DNA from: the human T2T-CHM13v2.0 reference genome, Homo sapiens
Assembly (NCBI GenBank): GCA_009914755.4
Contig: CP086569.2
Location: 8,064,001 to 8,128,000 of the forward strand
Length of the DNA stretch: 64,000 nucleotides
Direction: 5' to 3'
The translations under genes were made by a program, and so were the position numbers. Shown here in pieces: positions 1 through 20,828 of this stretch (the first letter of the stretch is position 1; each line of letters starts with the position of its first letter). The notes beneath the pieces are model-generated. The model ran no database searches, was not told the DNA's origin, and saw only the letters and a list, made by a program, of their open reading frames with translations.

Positions 1-3712
<3,712 letters not shown>

Positions 3713-3716
3713 GAAT

Positions 3717-4007
3717 GTTTTTTTTGAAATGATGTTTCACTCTTGTCCCTCAAGCTGGAGTGTGTTGGCACAATCTCAGCTCACCAAAACCTGTGCCTCC
3801 CAGGTTCAAGTGATTATCCTGCCTCAGCTTTCTGAGTATCTGGGATTACAAGCATTTGCCACCACACCTGCCTAACTTTATATTTTAGTAGAGATGAGGA
3901 TTCTCCATGTTGATGAGGCTGGTCTCGAACTCCTGACCTCAGGTGATATGCCTGATTCAGCCTCCCAAAATGTTGGGAGTACAGGCGTGACCCACCATCC
4001 CTGGCCA
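3717..4007 (-). mobile_element. Alu element, diverged (AluS/J-like), abutting the truncated 5' end of the L1
   Basis: A poly-T run at 3717-3725 is followed by the reverse complement of the Alu right and left monomers. It ends …gagtacaggcgtgacccaccatccctggcc at 4007. Confidence 0.85.
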
Positions 4008-5382
4008 GTCAATTAATATATTTTTTAGCTTGAACCTCTGAACACTCAGAAGCATTTTTTATATAGGATCAGTCTTGAGGTATGCGCTAATCAAGTTACT
4101 ACTCTCAATTGCATCCATCATACAGGCTGGTTCAGGCAGTGGAGGTTCTTCTTCCTGAACTTCTAGATTCCTTTTTTTTTTTCTTTTTCTTGAATGTTGG
4201 ATTGACCAGTGTTTATCTGAAAAGGCTGTTATGTGCACACATTGCTGGTACAGTTTTCTAAGTTAAAGAGATGGCTTCTTAGTTGGTAGGGTTTGTTCCT
4301 GTTACAGTTATGTTCACGTGGCTAAGGTTTCCATTCTCAAGATTTTCATTGGACATTCTGAGGCCCCAGTTCAACTATTTTCCAAGGTTAGATGTGCTGA
4401 ACCAGAACCTGAAATTGTGGTTCATGGTGGCCAGGCTGAGGCTGTCGTTTACAAGGAAGAACTGTCAGGTTTGCATCTTATTTTCCTTGTAATTTTAACA
4501 TATCTTTTGGAATGGAGACCCAAAAAGAATCTGAATATGTGACAGCCTCCTCCTAGATCTGGTACTATTTATACATGACTCTTAAATATCAGGGTAGTTG
4601 AGAGATCTCTATTCTATTATTTGTATGAATTATTTTGTATCTTATTCTCCGTCTTAAGAAAATTTTAGCTATGTATGCAATTCAAAATTGACATATTTTT
4701 TAAATAGCCAACTTAAAAACATTTCATTGAACATGTTGGGTAATATAATTCTAAAATATTTTATTTTAGAAACCAAAACACTTGAAGGTTGATAGTCACA
4801 GTATCTATGAAAGTGACATTATGAACATGCTTTTATAGTTTCCAGAAAGAAGAAAAAATCTATTTAGTCTTCAGTAGTAAAACGTAAAGATTATAGAAAT
4901 GTGATTAAATTTACTGATTAAAATATTCACAAAAACTGAGACAGATTCATTTACTTGTTCTTTATTGTTTACTCTCCAATAATGAACAGATTATAAGACA
5001 TTCAGAATTTACTTCATTATAGAAATAAAGCCACACAGCTATTTTGAAAGAATCATTAAAAATAAACAGAACAAACCTATCATTTATATTATTTAAAAAA
5101 TCACCCAATTCATAGTCCAAAAAAAAAATCTTACTAGGTATTACTACTGGCAGAAACCAGGTTTTCTTAGGACCTGGTCCAGTGAAACCACTCTTCATAT
5201 GTCACCCAATTGATCCTGCCAGTTTCTAGGAAGAGCTACAATTCTAAGAGCCCAGGACAGCTGGGCAGAAATAAAATATCCTTTGGTTATAACAAATGTT
5301 TGGTACTATTATTCCATATCACACAGTTTTTCTGTCCTCAGAGAAAAAATTGAGGATGTGTTGTGTCAGGATCTAGAATCAA

Positions 5383-5699
5383 GGCTTGGCATGGTGGCTT
5401 ATGCCTGTAATCCCAGCAATTTGGGAGGCCGAGATGGGTGGACCAGGAGATCAGGAGATCGACCATCCTGGCTAACACAGTGAAATCTCATTTCTGTTAA
5501 AAACACACAAAAATTAACCAGGCGTAGTGATGGGCGCATGTAGTCTCATCTACTTAGGAGGCTGATGCAAGAGAATCACTTTAACCTGGGAGGTGGAGGT
5601 TGCAGTACGCTGAGATCACACCACTGCACTCCAGCCTGGGCAACAGAGCAAGACTCCATTTCCAAAAAAAAAAAAAAATGGAAAGAAAAGAAAAGAAAA
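5383..5699 (+). mobile_element. Alu element with A-rich tail, flanked by a 12-bp target-site duplication ATCTAGAATCAA (5371-5382 and 5700-5711)
   Basis: The element begins ggcttggcatggtggcttatgcctgtaatcccagcaatttgggaggc and ends …cactccagcctgggcaacagagcaagactccatttccaaaaaaaaaaaaaaa plus an A-rich tail. The direct repeat atctagaatcaa occurs on both sides. Confidence 0.85.
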
Positions 5700-7649
5700 A
5701 TCTAGAATCAAATCAAATATAAAAAAATGGCTTGGTAATTCTGTCTAAGCCAGAATATAGAGGTGGGAGATTAAAATCATATTTTCTTAATTTAAATAAA
5801 AAGAGTTCAGGGAATTTTAGGTTTTGATACCTGGGGTGCATACTATTTACATGGGTTAGCCACTCCATGTTTGACTGGATAGACTTTCCCTCTACCTCCC
5901 TCAGTAGATGCTTAAATGTAGAAACATAATCTAAAAATTTTACAAGGTTTTCACTTAGTTTTCCTAAAACGTCCAACTCCACAATTTGTTTCAATTGTGA
6001 GAGTCAACTGTGCAGCGTAGGTACAATAACGATCTCCTGATATGCAGATTTAATGTTATTTCTTTACCATAGATATTTTCATTTTTCACCCGAGACCACA
6101 GGTTAATTTCAAACAGAATATTTATTTCTAATTATGAGGCTTCTATTACATTGCTAGTATTATCTTGTTTACTTCATGTCTATGCCAAAAATAACTCATG
6201 ACTTATTAAATGTTCAACTATTAACTTAAATAAATTGTCCCAATAAATTTAATAAACTCAATTATATCAATTTCATAATGTAAAATTAACAGTAACTAAA
6301 TGAAAACTGGATTAAATATCATTTTCTAATTGAAATAATTGAAATGTACTGAATAAATGGTATACAATAATACATGCATTGTGAAATTACATGTGAAAAT
6401 TATTTTGTGAACATCATTAAATTTTATCAAAGATACATTCATCAACTCTGAGAAAATTATACAAGTAATGCTTAATGAAATTAGGCTATAAGAAATTTAT
6501 ATATTATGTCTGTAGTGAGCAACAGGCAAGCAGACCAAACAAAAAAAAAGGAGAATTTGCACAAGATGTTTCTAAGAGAGGAGCAATAATATTTTACATA
6601 AATGAGTTTAATACAAAGCAGAGATGATAGATTTGCTTTCAAAATTTTTGAAGTTTCTGGTTTGCTGGTAAGTTACCAAGACTTGTAAAATTATCTGTTT
6701 TATTCTAATATTTTTCTTTTCTACTCAGAGTAGGTACATAATCGTAAACCAATACGATTATTCTCTATAAAGCTGTTACACTTAATGTTTATTTTACAGT
6801 GATTTATTTGTGTATTTACGTCCATTTAAATAAAAACTAAAGGTCTGCGTATGTTTAGCAGACTAGAGACATCATCTGTTAAAGAAAAATAGGATACATT
6901 TTGTAAAGAGTTTTTCAGAATTCAAAAATAAAATGCAAAGCTCCATCGTACTCATAATCTTCATAACAACCATCATAATTATCTGTAGTTACAAGAAAAA
7001 CAGAAATATAAATTGTAGGAACCATATTATCCAAATTATTTTAAGTTAAGACCACTGACAAAGAATCTGGAGAGATGTTATTTCATTGTCATTCAATAGT
7101 ATACAGTTATCATCTGTTACCTACAACCATGCATAAGATGGGATAACCTAACATCAGTGGCAAGATAAAACTTCAATGTAAAACAGCCTTACCACAGTAA
7201 CAAATATGTTCATCAATTGAAACAAAAACAAACTAAATTTATACATTGCCATTAAAAAGGCATTTTGAAATTCACTGTATTTTAATTCTTACTTTGCAAA
7301 TGGTAATGCAATTTTTTTCTAAACTTCAAGTTGTTTCTCTTACTATGCAGAATATTATCCTGATTACTTTTCACACTCCTATTACCCTGTCACTTATGAT
7401 ATTACTGTAAACCAACTACTAAGTAGCCTTTCTACTTAGAATTTCTTTATGTATCTTATATTTAAGTTTACTTAAACTTCCATATGAAAGTATATAAATC
7501 TGTCCATCTAATATAGAGAACCTTTCTTAAATCTAGTGCAGCAACCATTGACCATGTTCTTTCACATAAATTCTAGAAAAGAAGACATAGCTTCAAATGT
7601 AAGAGTTAAATGACATCAATATTTGCTTTCAAAAAATATATGAAACTTT

Positions 7650-7936
7650 TGTTTGTTTGTTTGTTTTGAGAGAGTTTCACCTTGTTGCCATACTGGGGTG
7701 CAGTGTGTGATCTTGGCTCACTGCAACCTCCACCTCCTGGGTTCAAGGGAGCCTCCCGCCTCAGACTCCTGAGTAACTGGGACTACAAGTTCATGCCACT
7801 GTGCCCAGTGAATTTTTTTCTATTTTTTGTAGAGATGGGGTTTCACCATGTTGGCCAGAATATTCTCGATTTCTTGACCTCGTGATCTGCCCGCCTTGCC
7901 TTCCTGGGATTACATGCATGAGCCTCCATGTCCAGC
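7650..7936 (-). mobile_element. Alu element, reverse orientation, with a (GTTT)n-modified tail
   Basis: tgtttgtttgtttgttttgagagagtttcaccttgttgccatactggggtgcagtg … ccttcctgggattacatgcatgagcctccatgtccagc is the reverse complement of an Alu. Confidence 0.8.
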
Positions 7937-10079
7937 AAAAATTGTTTTAATATATAAAAGTAGGTTTCTTTTACAGGAAAGGGATCAAGAATGCAGACTA
8001 GGATCAGCTAAACTATGTGGTTCTCACAGAGAAAAATGCAAGGTGTGCATAAATACAGAACCATCAAATGAAATATCCAGGTACTTGCACTGGGAATAAT
8101 CAAAGAAAAACACAACTTAAGGAGAGTAGAGTAAAGCAAGGCCAAACAATGGGCCACACGAAAAACACATGGAGCCAAGGGAACCTCCCCACCCAGTAAA
8201 GCAGTGGGTGCATGTGTGACTCTGGGAACCAATGATTCTCCCACAGTTCTTTCCAATCCTCAAGTGAGGAGACTCCCTAAAGAACCTACTTTACCAAGGC
8301 CTTCAGTTTAACACATAGACCTATATGGAGTCTCAGCAGAGCAGCTGCACAGGCCTGTGTAGTGATTCAAGAGGCTTAGATACTCTAGCATTCCAGAATT
8401 CTCAGAAAAGGTAGCTGCAACTCCAGCAAAGCAGGATGTTTCACCCCTGTACATACCCACAGGAAACAGGCAGAATCCAGGGACCTCAGCAATGATGGTC
8501 TGTAGGACCCACTTCCACAGTGCCTCATAGATTAAGACCTACTGGCTTAGAATTCTAGCCAACCATTGGTAGCAACACTGCACCTCTCTGATTTGGAGCT
8601 ACCACAAAGAGGAGTGGACCTCCATCTTTGCTGTTTCAACAACATAGCCATCCCAGCCTTCAGGCTTTGAAGAGCCCAAGTTGACTGGGGCAGAAAGGAT
8701 CTCCTAGCACAGTGCAGGTGCTCTAAGAAGTCATGGCCAGACTGCCTATTAAAGCAGGACCCAAATCTCTTCCTCCTCACTGAAAAGAACTTCCCAAGCA
8801 GGGTGTCCAGCTACCAACACCGATGCTATTTAATCAATGACATTTTGAATCCTCTTTGGAATAAAGTTCCCAGAGTGAAGAGTGAGCTGCCATATTTGCT
8901 GTTTGTGTGACTTAGTGGTTCCAGCGTTCTAGCTTAGGAGAATCCAAATAAAATGGGGATGAAAGTGGTACCTCTGCACAGCAGAGCTCTCCTACAAAAA
9001 TGTGGCTATACTGCTATCTTCAGTGAGTCCTGAATTCTCCTTCCTGGAAAAGTCCTTTCAATAGGGTGTTCCAGCTACCTCTTTCAGGTGTTTTGGGCTG
9101 CAAACATGTCTATACTTGCCTGGGATGGAGCTTCCAGAGAAGAGGGCATATTGCCTTCATTGCTGTTTTGCAGCATTCAGTGGGATAACTTCAGGCACTG
9201 GAAAACCTGAAGTGACTGGAAACTGCAGTGGACAGACAGAATACTGCAGCAGCCCTTCAGAAAAGTGGCCAGACTGTTGCATGAGTGCCTGCTCTCACAT
9301 ATTCTCACTGGGCAGGTTCTCCAGGTCTGGGCCTGGTAGGGATATTGAGCCAGTAGCAACTTAGAAACTTCCTGGACAGAGCCTATAGGGGCAACTGAAA
9401 ATATTTCTGCCACTAATTTTGCAGTAGAACTGTCCTTACTGTGCTTCTTAGACTAATGAAAAATCCAAAACCCAAGTGCCTTATTTACACCCCAAACAAG
9501 CTGCATTTTGCCCAAGAAGAGGAGGCCAGTCCATCCCCCATGGGTTCCACATACTATCCATTGCTCCTCGCCCGACAGTAAACTCCTATCTTAGCCCAAA
9601 TCACAGATCCTCCATCCTGGACTGACTGTAGTGAGGAGCTGCTGACCTACATCTCTCTGAGATGCAGCCCCCAGAAGACAAGCAAGGAAATGGGGTAGCA
9701 AGCCACCTCATGTGGTGCCAAGAGTGTTGGTGCAAGAGCAGTTGTAGTAATATATTGCCAGTGATGGCCACTTCTGTAGGTTCAACTTTCTCCCATAAGA
9801 TATTTTAGCCCTAGAGAAACTGTTGGATCTAATTTTGCAGGTTTTGCATACCAGAAGAAGCTGTTCCAACTGAACACCCCTTGGTCTCCTGATGTCTTCA
9901 AGGGACACATTCTGGCTACAGATTCTTACAGGTCAGTCTCAGGTACCCTGGGAGCCCATACCATAGCATCTGCACTGGTGGGCCATGTCTGACCCCTGAA
10001 GAGCTCCAGCAAGTTAGCTCCTATGACTCCATCAACCCACATGTTTCTTCCCCATACTGCAGCTTCCCATGAGACAAAA

Positions 10080-10685
10080 GTAAGTTTATATCCAACCAAA
10101 GTAAGCTTCAGAAGTAAAAATAAATAAATATGGTCCTATTCACATAAGCAAACACTGAAGAAATCTGTTACTTGAGACTTGTCTTACAAGAGCTTCTGAA
10201 GAAAACAATAAATAAAAAAGACTATAATTAGTCACTACAAAAACACACTATATAAACTGCTGACACTATAAAGCAACCACATAAAAAATGTGCAAAACAG
10301 ACAGCTAAGATCATAGTGACAGAATCAAATTGACACATATGAATACTAACGATAAACATAAATGGGCTACATGCCCCAATAAAAAAACAGTGTGGAAAGC
10401 TGAGTAAAGAATCAAGATTTAATGGTATGCTGTAATCTAGACACTCATCTCAGTTAAGTTCAAAATAAAAAAGAAAAATCTACGAAATAAATGGAAAACA
10501 TAAAAAAGGAGGGAATGCAATCATAATTTCTGGCAAAACAGACTTAAAATCCACATAGATTTTTTTAAAAAAAGAGAAAGACAGCATTCCATAATAGTAA
10601 AATGAAATATATACACCCAACACAAAAGCACCCAGATTATAAAGCAAGTTCTTAGAGACCCTACGAGTTCTTAAGTCAAATCTTC
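10080..10685 (+). mobile_element. Old L1 fragment (ORF1 C-terminus, inter-ORF spacer, first ~90 codons of ORF2), heavily mutated
   Basis: tatatccaaccaaagtaagcttcagaagtaaaaataaat matches ISYPAKLSFISEGEIK. cttacaagagcttctgaag matches PALQELLKE. acataaatgggctacatgccccaataaaaaaacagtg matches L1 ORF2 LNINGLNSPIKRHRL. ggcaaaacagacttaaaatcc matches SDKTDFKP. Confidence 0.6.
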
Positions 10686-10692
10686 TTCAACA

Positions 10693-11720
<1,028 letters not shown>

Positions 11721-12390
11721 TTGGCTGTATTTCTTTAAATATAAACTATTAAGGTCACAGTTTTTACATTTTCTCAGAATTACTTTTTGAAGTGAATCTT
11801 TTATTTCATGCTCTGGCCATATGTCTGACTAATATGAAAAGAGCTAGCTGAAAAAAAAATAAGAACAACAATATTTCTCTTGCATTAGCATAAGGCTCAA
11901 GTGAATACATTTTAAATAATTATACGAATCACATTAACAAGGTGGCAATAAAATACCACAGACTCTAATTCCTTTATAGACATATAAACTTAACAGAAAT
12001 ATGCTGAACAAAATTCCTTTGTGAGAAGTCTAATAATCAGTTAAGCATTTGTAGCACTTCAAGGGAGAAAAATACCAAGAACTACATAGAAGTGTAATAA
12101 AAGTGTTGTATATTTGCCCTTCTCAGCCTTTCTTCATCCTATGATGACTTTAAGTATAGTTTCCCAACTCCTGATTTCCCCTTCAAAAATAAATAAAATA
12201 GTGGCAACTGAGTTCAGGCTTCTGGCTTTGTGAGACCTTACTAAAGACTAATTTCTATATTCTATGACAGTGTTTAAAGGAAATGTGGTATTCTTTGACA
12301 ATTTGGGGCAGGTGAGACAGGGTAAATGACTGTTACAAGAAAGACATTGACAAGATATCATTGACAGACTATGGATATAGCAATTGACTA

Positions 12391-14792
<2,402 letters not shown>

Positions 14793-15091
14793 TTTTTCTT
14801 TTTTCTTTTTTCTTAGATGCAATATCACTCTGTCACTAGGATGAAGTGCAGGGGCACAATCTCAGCTCACCGCAACCTCCACTTCCAGGTTCAGGCAATT
14901 CCCCTGCCTCAGCCTCTCCAGTAGCTGGAACTACAGGCACACACCACCATGCCCAGCTAATTGTGTGTATTTCAATAGCGGCAGGATTTCATCATGTTGG
15001 CCGATATGATCTCAATCTCCTGATCTGGCCATGGACCTTCCTTGGCCTTACAAAGTGATGGGATTACACGTATGAGTCACCAGGCCTGGCC
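14793..15091 (-). mobile_element. Alu element inserted into the ancient L1
   Basis: A poly-T/CT tail at 14793-14814 is followed by atcactctgtcactaggatgaagtgcaggggcacaatctcagctcaccgcaacctcc … gattacacgtatgagtcaccaggcctggcc. Confidence 0.85.
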
Positions 15092-15094
15092 AGT

Positions 15095-15420
15095 AAAGTT
15101 TTTTGAGCATACTCATTATCAAGGGTTGGAAGACATAATATTCTAAAAATGTCCATGCTGCTTAAAGTGATCCACACATTCAACAGGCCAATTTTCAATT
15201 TTAAATTAAAGTTTCCCAAAAATATAAATTAAAATAACCCAGAAAATTACATGAAAATCCTGGCAATCTTTAAAAGGAAGCCAAATATTGGAAGCATTAC
15301 ACTTAACAATTTCCAAACACAAAACAAACCTAAAGTAATCAAAACACTTGGTACCAGTACAAAGGTAGAACACGAAAGTAATGAAGCAGAATGCAGCACA
15401 GAAATAAACATTTGAATAGA
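15095..15420 (+). mobile_element. Ancient L1 (L1M-like) ORF2 remnant, continuing the element interrupted by the Alu. It ends where the beta satellite begins.
   Basis: The +1 translation resembles the L1 ORF2 RT-thumb region: …LKVIHTFNRPIFNFKLKFPKNINLK.PRKLHENPGNL.KEAKYWKHYT…NTWYQYKGRT aligns with …YRFNAIPIKIP…ILKFIW…RIAK.ILKKKN…TLPDFK.YYKA.VIKT.WYW. Confidence 0.5.
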
Positions 15421-16749
15421 GAGGAGAGACATACCACCTAGGTTTTTCATTCAGCTGTATTTCACAATTCCTTTGGTAAGCAGGACCCAGGCAGGAGAGG
15501 AGAGTTATACCATTTAAACACTAATTTATGCGATATTTCAAAATTTTTTTCTGGAGGCAGAGAGGCCTGGAGGGACATGTAACCTAGCTGATAGAAGAAG
15601 AGATATGTGATAATATACCCTATTGACAGGACTCATGCAGAAGTATCACATTATTGTGATTCTGAGCCAGCATTACGTAAAAATGCTCCCGTGGAAAGGA
15701 ATTTGAGCCAAAAGACTCAACCTGGGTACTAGGCCCAGAAATATGACACAATCTCATCATCTTTGTAGGTGACAACGTTAACTTTTAGCTAAGTGTGTAT
15801 ATTAGAGTGACAATCTCACATGTTTGCTGCGACAATGTATGACCCTCTGCAACATCCAAGGGACTTATAAAACGTGCATAAGAGTTGCAAAGCTCTCTGA
15901 AGCCTACGTGCTGGTATGGACTCACAATCTTACGTATTATCTTAAACCCAGGTTTGATAGTTGACATCTCTCCTATAGGCAGGGTTAAGGAAAAAGACCC
16001 ATTATTATTTCTGTGGGCTGGGTTTAGAAATGACTGACCATCCCACTTGTGGCCAGAGCCACATATAAATTTCACAATTCCAACTTTGTGCTGTATTCCT
16101 GTGTTAGACTCTTGATCTTAACAGTGGGCATTGTAAATGTGGGATGGTGACAACTTTTAATTTCACCTGGGTTTGTAACCTAGAGCCCCAATCTGAAATT
16201 TTGGCCAGGCCCTGTTATGAAATTTTATAGCACCAAAGAGTTTATATGATATAAGTTAGTATTGTAAGCTTCTGTGAGGTTGTTACATACATGTAACCCA
16301 GGAGATTATCTATTCCTCCAAGCCTAACAATGAAAGGCAAAATATCTTCTATTGCCTGAATCCCAATATAAGTGTGAACATCATGTCTGTGAACTGAAGC
16401 AAGGTATAGGTCATAATCCCATATGCTGGCAAAAACTAGGCAGGAGGGTAACATCACTTAGATGCTGTGCCAGGCAATATGTTACATGCCTTCCTTAGGC
16501 AGGGCATAGGAAATTTGGTCATATTAGCTGGGTGCTGGACCTAGCAATATGACACCATCTCACATGTGGAAAAAACCCAGTCAAGTTATGGGAGCCAAAA
16601 CACCTACATAAAGAGACCAAGATATGTCAAAATACCTTCAGTGGCTCCAGCACAGGAGGACAGTCACATAAAAATGGTCCTGGACTGAGCAATATACAAT
16701 ATGCCATAAGTTCTTCTATATGCAGAAACAAAGCAGAAGAGTAACATCA

Positions 16750-17879
<1,130 letters not shown>

Positions 17880-19089
17880 AAAAATGAGGAGATTCACATA
17901 TCCTGAGTGCTGGGCTCAGTAATGTGCCAAAATCCTCCTATTGTGAATGCCCAGGCAGAAAAACAGAATCACATCACTTAGGTCATGAGCTCAGACATTT
18001 GTCCCAATGTCCCCAGTAGGCAGGGTTCAGGCACACAAGGAGGGTCATATCACCTGTGTGCTTCCCTAGAAATATGTCATAATGTAAAATGTGGGCAGAA
18101 ATTAGGCAGAAGAGCCACATCGCCAGAATGATGGGTTCTGAGATATTTCACAAGGCTCTCTTAGGACAGCACCCAGCAAAGATAGTTACATCACCTAGGT
18201 GCAGGTTCTCTGTTTATGCTACAATTCTCCATGTGGCCTCCATGTGCATAGGACCCAAGGAGGGAGTCACTTCACCTAGGGGATAGGCCCAGAGATATGT
18301 CGCAATGACCTCTATGAAGCATAGCCCTAGCAAAAGAGTACTATCACCTGTGTGCCTGGCCTAAAATATGTCACTGTCAAGGTTGGCAGGGCCCAAGCAG
18401 GAAAGCCACATAACCTAGGTGATAAACCCAGAGATATGTCACAATGCCCTTTTGTGGGCATGGCTCTGGCAAAATAGTACCTTCCCCAGTGTACCTGGTC
18501 TTGCAGTGTGTCACTGTCATTCCTTTTTGCAGGGCTCATTCCAGAGAAGAGAGTTACATAACTTATGAGGTGGACACAGAAATATGTTGCAATAAGTTTG
18601 GTGTGCCTGGCACAGGAAAGAATGTAACATCACCTTGGTGTTAGATCCAGTGATATGTCACAATCTTTACTGAAAGAAGTGCCCAGGCAGCAGAGTCACA
18701 TCACCTGTAGGTTGGCCTACATAGATATGATAATCCCATATATACACTGGAAAAAGCCTGGAGAGTCAAATTAAACAGGTGCTTGGCAAAGATTTATATT
18801 ACAATCACATTGTCAGAAAATTCCAAGGGTGAGATTTACAATGCCACACATGTCCTGTTTTCATATATGACAGTTGGTTTTATCCATATGAGATGATGAT
18901 AGTTCTTACTGTCAGCTGGTTGTGCATACCAGATTCACAATTTCTACTGTGTCCTGAGCCGTGTTTTGACTCTGTCTGTATAACCTAAAGACTTTATAAA
19001 ATATGTGTGCTTGTTGTAATTTTTTGTAAACTTTGTACAAGAAAGAGATTCAGGACATTTGGGATCCCTAAAATTAGTTATTAAACTAG

Positions 19090-20828
19090 GAAAAGATGAA
19101 TTTAAATTGTCTCTGTTTGGAGTTGACACGATTGTATATCTATAAAATCCCATCGTCTGAGCCTAAAATCTCCTTACACTGATAAGCAACTTTAGCAAAG
19201 TCTCAGGATAATAAATCAATGTGCACTCCCATTCACAATTGCTAAAAAGAGAATAAAATACCTAAAAATACAACTTACAAGGGATGTGAAAAATCTCTTT
19301 AGGGTGAACTACAAACCACTGCTCAAGGAAATAAGAGAGAACACAAACAAATGAAAAAACATTCCATGCTCATTGATAGGAATAATTAATATCATGAAAA
19401 TGACCATAACTCCCAAAGTCATTTGTAGAATCAATGCTATCCCCATCAGGCTACCAATAACTTTCTTCACAGAATTGGAAAAAAAAAACTACTTTAAACT
19501 TCATGTGGAACCTAAAAAGAGCCTGAATATCCAAGACAATCTTAAGCAAAAAGAACAAAGAAGGACTCATCACACGACTTGACTTCAAACTATAATACAA
19601 GGCTACAGAAACTAAAACAGCATGGTCCTGGTACCAAAACAGATATATAGATGAATGGAACAGAATAGAGGTCTCAGAAATAACACCACTCATCTACAAC
19701 CATCTGATGTTTGACAGACGTGATGCAAACAAGCAATGGGGAAAAGATTTCCTATTTAATAAATGGTATCTTGAAAACTAGCTAGCCATAGGCAGAAAAA
19801 ATGAAAATGGACCCTTTCCTTGCACCTTGTACAAAAATAAACTGAAGATGGATTAAAAACTTAAACATAAAACCTAAAATTATAAAAATTATAGAAGAAA
19901 ACCTAGGCAATACCATTCAGGACATAGGCATGGGCAAATACTTCATATTTAAACACCAAAAGAAATGGCAACAAATGACATAATTGATAAATGGGATATA
20001 ATTAAACAAAGAAGTTTCTGCACAGCAAAATAAACTATCATCAGAATGAACAGGCAACCTCCAAAATGGGAGAAAATTTTTGCAATCTATCCATCTGACA
20101 AAGGGGTGATATCTAGAATCTACAAAGAACTGAAACACATTTACAAGAAAAAAAAAAAAAAAAACCTATGAAAAGTGCTCATTATCACCAGTAACTAGAG
20201 AAATGCAAATCAAAGCCACAAAGAGATACCATCTCACGCCAGTTAGAATGGCAATAATTAAAAAGTCAGGAAACAATAGACGCTGGAGAGGATGTGAAGA
20301 AACAGGAAAGCTTTTACACTGTTGGGGGGGAGTGTAAATTAGTTCAACCATGTAGAAGACAGTGTGGTGATTCCTCAAGGATCTAGAACTAGAAATACCA
20401 TTTGACTCAGCAATTCCACTACTGGGTGTATACCCAAAGGATTATAAATCATGCTACTATAGAGACACATGTGCACGTATGTTTGTGGCACATATACACC
20501 ATGAAATATTATTCAGCCATAAAAAATGATGAGTTCATATCCTTTGCAGGGACATGGATGAAGCTGAATACCATCTTTCTCAGCAAACTATTACAAGAAC
20601 AGAATAGGAAACACCGCAAGTTATCACTCATAGGTGGGAATTGAACAAAGAGAACACATGGACACAGCGAGGGTAATATCACACAACAGGGCTTGTCAGG
20701 GGGTAGGCGTCTAGGGAAGAGATAGCAGATGCTGGTTTGATTTGTGCAGCAAACCACAATGGCACCTGTATAACTATGTAAAAATACTGCAAGTTATGCA
20801 GAACTTAAAGTAAAATAAAAAAATAAAA
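19090..20828 (+). mobile_element. Older L1 (L1PA7/L1PB-like) 3' half, 5'-truncated in mid-ORF2, inserted in the beta satellite
   Basis: gaatttaaattgtctctgtttggagttgacacgattgtatatctataaaatccc matches [24 protein letters not shown] 19373-19582 reads [38 protein letters not shown] 20402-20644 is ORF2 C-terminus. The 3' end …gaacttaaagtaaaataaaaaaataaaa at 20828 lacks the G-rich stretch of young L1PA. Confidence 0.85.

Noticed and set aside
19050-19095. Apparent extension of the 19.1-kb L1 further 5' (similarity of …attcaggacatttgggatccctaaaattagttattaaactagg to L1 ORF2 …atcaggcaggagaaggaaataaagggtattcaattagg)
   Set aside because: The same stretch aligns better to the homologous HOR copies at 22270 and 30440 (…ccaggacatcacccatgtcactaaattgagttataacag). 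It is satellite with coincidental similarity, so the L1 start is set at ~19090.
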